A stretch of DNA of 61,972 nt, filler included. It is 6 parts of 6 records of this genome, joined end to end, with 100 filler letters (N's around TTAATTAATTAA, not from the genome) between each part and the next. Parts side by side here need not be neighbours in the genome. Positions count along the whole stretch, not along the records: positions 57,231 to 61,972 come from SRR20825010_2606; 5 more parts are not named here. One strand, 5' to 3'. Numbering within the stretch: position 1 is the first letter of the stretch; the number at the start of each line of letters is the position of its first letter. Under the pieces are notes generated by a model. It saw only the letters and a program-made list of their open reading frames with translations. It ran no database searches and had not been told where the DNA came from. Positions 60,547-61,972 of this stretch are shown here, in pieces. A program made the position numbers and the translations under genes.

Positions 60547-60764
60547 TGTCTTTGGCGAAGGGTAGCAACGGTGATTGGATATGGTGCGCGCATTCCTTTT
60601 CGTAAGGGAATTTTTCGGCGAAAGACTTTCCCCGGACGAACGGAAAGGCCTCGACGGTAAACCGATAGCCGCTCGCCGGCCCAGCTCGGTTTCCCATATC
60701 CGGGAGCATCTGCCCGTTCCCGCCCTGCCCCATGGCAAACCTTTCCCTAGTGAGCATTCCCGAC

Positions 60765-61658
60765 ATGCCTGAACTGCCCGAGGTCGAAACCGTCCGCCGA
60801 GGACTGCAGCCGATCATGGAGGGAGCGCAGATCGATTCCATGGAGTTGCGGCGTCCGGATCTGCGGTTCCCTTTTCCCAGAGGGTTCGCCGAACGGCTTC
60901 GCGGACAGGAGATCATCGCGCTTGGCCGGCGCGCAAAGTACCTCCTCATCCACCTGGAAACCTCCGAGGTGGTGTTGTGCCATCTGGGAATGTCAGGCTC
61001 GTTTCGTGTTGATGAGGATGACAGCACGGAACACACCCCTGGCGAGTTTCATCACCCGCGCTCCAAAGCGGAGAAGCACGATCATGCGGTCTTTCACCTG
61101 ACGGCGGGCGACGGGCGCAGTCTTCGCGTCGTCTACAACGATCCGCGTCGGTTCGGTTTCATGCTTCTGCATGACGAGGGGCCTCTGGACAGCCATCCAC
61201 TTTTGGCCACACTCGGCATCGAACCAACTGGAAACACTCTCGACGGTGAGTTGCTCGCCGAGCGTCTGCGTGGGAAGCGAGCGCCTCTGAAGGCCGTTTT
61301 GCTGGATCAGAGGGTGATCGCCGGGCTTGGCAACATCTATGTTTGCGAAGCGTTGTGGCGCGCAGGGCTCTCACCGAAGCGCAGCGCCGACACGATCGTT
61401 GCCCGGCGCGGACCGTCCGAACGATGCGAACGACTGGCGGTCTCGATCCGAGCCGTTATCGCCGAGGCAATCGCGGCAGGCGGGTCATCCCTGCGGGACT
61501 ACGTGAGAGCGGACGGGTCTCTGGGCTATTTCCAGCATTCCTTCAAGGTATACGGCCGCGAGGGACAATCATGCGCTCATGATGAATGCGACGGCACCGT
61601 TCGCCGCATTGTGCAGAGCGGGCGGTCGACCTTTTATTGTCCGACCTGCCAGCGTTAG
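60765..61658 (+). CDS. mutM: Formamidopyrimidine-DNA glycosylase
   Basis: [33 protein letters not shown]-terminal zinc finger. Confidence 0.97.
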   Translation: MPELPEVETVRRGLQPIMEGAQIDSMELRRPDLRFPFPRGFAERLRGQEIIALGRRAKYLLIHLETSEVVLCHLGMSGSFRVDEDDSTEHTPGEFHHPRSKAEKHDHAVFHLTAGDGRSLRVVYNDPRRFGFMLLHDEGPLDSHPLLATLGIEPTGNTLDGELLAERLRGKRAPLKAVLLDQRVIAGLGNIYVCEALWRAGLSPKRSADTIVARRGPSERCERLAVSIRAVIAEAIAAGGSSLRDYVRADGSLGYFQHSFKVYGREGQSCAHDECDGTVRRIVQSGRSTFYCPTCQR

Positions 61659-61690
61659 CAATTCACGAACAACGGAGAGGAATTCAGATC

Positions 61691-61972
61691 ATGGCATATG
61701 AGACGATTCTGGTTGAAACGCGGGAACGCGTCGGGCTGATCACGCTGAACCGGCCGAAGGCGCTGAACGCGCTCAATTCCAAGGTCCTTGACGAGGTGGT
61801 CACTGCACTGGCGGCTTTCGACGAGAACCCCCGGATCGGCGCCATCGTCATCACCGGGTCGGAAAAAGCTTTCGCTGCCGGCGCCGACATCAAGGAAATG
61901 GCATCAAAATCCTATGTAGACGCCTATATGGAAGACCTCTTCGCAGGATGGGAGGGTCTGACACGCGTGCGC
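61691..61972 (+). CDS. Enoyl-CoA hydratase, 3' truncated
   Basis: [29 protein letters not shown]. Confidence 0.92.
   Translation, partial: MAYETILVETRERVGLITLNRPKALNALNSKVLDEVVTALAAFDENPRIGAIVITGSEKAFAAGADIKEMASKSYVDAYMEDLFAGWEGLTRVR

Overview
The window is not one locus. It joins six unrelated contig fragments with identical 100-nt artificial linkers (N-run/TTAATTAATTAA/N-run). (1) 1-6281, Rhizobiales-like: sppA, lptCAB, rpoN, hpf, ptsN. (2) 6382-26215, Rhodopirellula-like planctomycete: MoxR-DUF58-transglutaminase operon, xylonate-dehydratase-like operon, and heme A/O and SCO oxidase-assembly genes interrupted by an esterase and an unusual peptidase-like/DUF2786 fusion. (3) 26316-42312, marine alphaproteobacterium: uvrD, ClC, AsmA, LexA-boxed alkC, ArsR plus decarboxylase, class I fumarase, sspB, and a luxR-luxR-luxI-orf quorum-sensing cluster between sspB and a permuted tmRNA gene. 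(4) 42413-50950, Bacteroidota polysaccharide locus: GH86-like enzyme, multimodular DUF5060 protein, sulfatase. (5) 51051-57130, AT-rich Bacteroidota fragment with short unrelated ORFs separated by attC-like AAC...GTT hairpins, i.e. an integron-like cassette array with no integrase in view. (6) 57231-61972, Rhizobiales Tad/Flp pilus genes, mutM and an enoyl-CoA hydratase. The best candidates for undescribed biology are the cassette array in fragment 5 and the atypical QS module in fragment 3. Taxonomic and family calls come from motif recognition only; no searches were run.
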